DNA of 64,000 bases, from contig JAHLTZ010000005.1 of assembly GCA_025786725.1 (NCBI GenBank), positions 558,001-622,000 of the forward strand, in the 5' to 3' direction. The stretch comes from Syncephalis fuscata S228. Its lineage: Eukaryota; Fungi; Zoopagomycota. This document shows positions 63,124 through 64,000 of this stretch, piece by piece (the first letter of the stretch is position 1; each line of letters begins with the position of its first letter). The translations under genes and the position numbers were made by a program. The notes beneath the pieces were generated by a model. That model saw only the letters and a program-made list of their open reading frames with translations, was not told where the DNA came from and made no database searches.

Positions 63124-64000
63124 AAGAATTGGCTATATATTATTTCCTCATCTATTGGAATGTAATTCTGTTATTTTGTATAGTTTAAGTAAATAATCTA
63201 CTATTTGATGCATTATAATGATTTTGATTGTAAACATAAATAATACTATCTGCTTTAACAATAGTATCGGGGTTCATTTAATACGATTCGTGACTCGAAT
63301 GACTGTGCTTGATAGTATTCGCGTACTGAACTAAACATTCGTTCTATTGAGCATGGGACTGGGTAGTGAATATATTTATGATCAGAATACTCATTATCGT
63401 AGATTTATTATTTAGCATGCATATATTGTCTATCTATTTATTATTTTCACACTATATACTCATATGAGCTAAGATTTATAGCCAATAAAGCTAACATTAA
63501 ACGTACAAAGTTTTTAAACAGAACAATTATAAAATAAAAATGATAAAATGGATAGTATGAGTAGTGCTGTTAAGTTTGTCGTGTGTATAGCTCAATGCAA
63601 TGAAAAACGTGTGTTTATTGCAACATACGATAAATAAGAATGTGCTTAATATATCATAAAATGATATGAATGGATAGAATAGATATGCGTACTGGATGAT
63701 AAATCTACAATACAAAGTATTTTGATCAATGATGTCACTCACCATTCGCCATCATGTTTAACAGATTGAATGTTATTAAATGTAGTTATTGGAGCGCCAC
63801 TATTATTAATTTCCAAAAAACAAGTAAAAAGTAATGCGTGGAATATGACGATGTATAATGATATTTTTAGTGTGAGAGAAAATAGATAATTACAGTTACC
63901 AAATATGGTAGTAGTAGATTTTGTTGATTAAAAATGAAAACAAAGCAATATTTGTTGTCACTGTTATTATTAGCCGTAACAGTATTAATGTTGGTTGATA

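Overview
AT-rich, intron-dense eukaryotic DNA, most likely from an early-diverging fungus (introns mostly 45-80 nt, GT...AG). The left half (1-32 kb) carries core genes: XPA/Rad14, uridine kinase, TFIIIA, aminoacylase, Qri7, Ubc7, Dicer, two conserved hypotheticals, a head-to-head Rtt109/CAF-1 pair, ATP synthase subunit d and a DinB-family gene. The right end (50-64 kb) carries a second aminoacylase, an ML-domain protein, a subtilisin, a steroid 5-alpha-reductase and an ankyrin protein. Main discovery: the apparent ~80-bp tandem repeat at 35.9-36.5 kb and 43.7-45.4 kb is a minus-strand gene that the ORF track misses. A signal-peptide/Kex2 exon is followed by 28 micro-exons (27 of 3 nt, one of 6 nt), each flanked by its own canonical 75-80-nt intron. 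These splice in silico into an open 61-aa precursor whose mature part is a 30-aa, six-cysteine peptide (DFNSCYADCQANCHPENPWSTTCYCQYRCR). A young Ty3/Gypsy element (LTRs identical by eye, 4-bp TSD, dUTPase between RNase H and integrase, integrase as a separate ORF) is inserted in one of these introns. Several dispersed inverted repeats and a chimeric aminoacylase duplication are also present. Many genes show single-base deletions in short homopolymers, probably assembly errors, so pseudogene calls are uncertain. All alignments and counts were done by eye.
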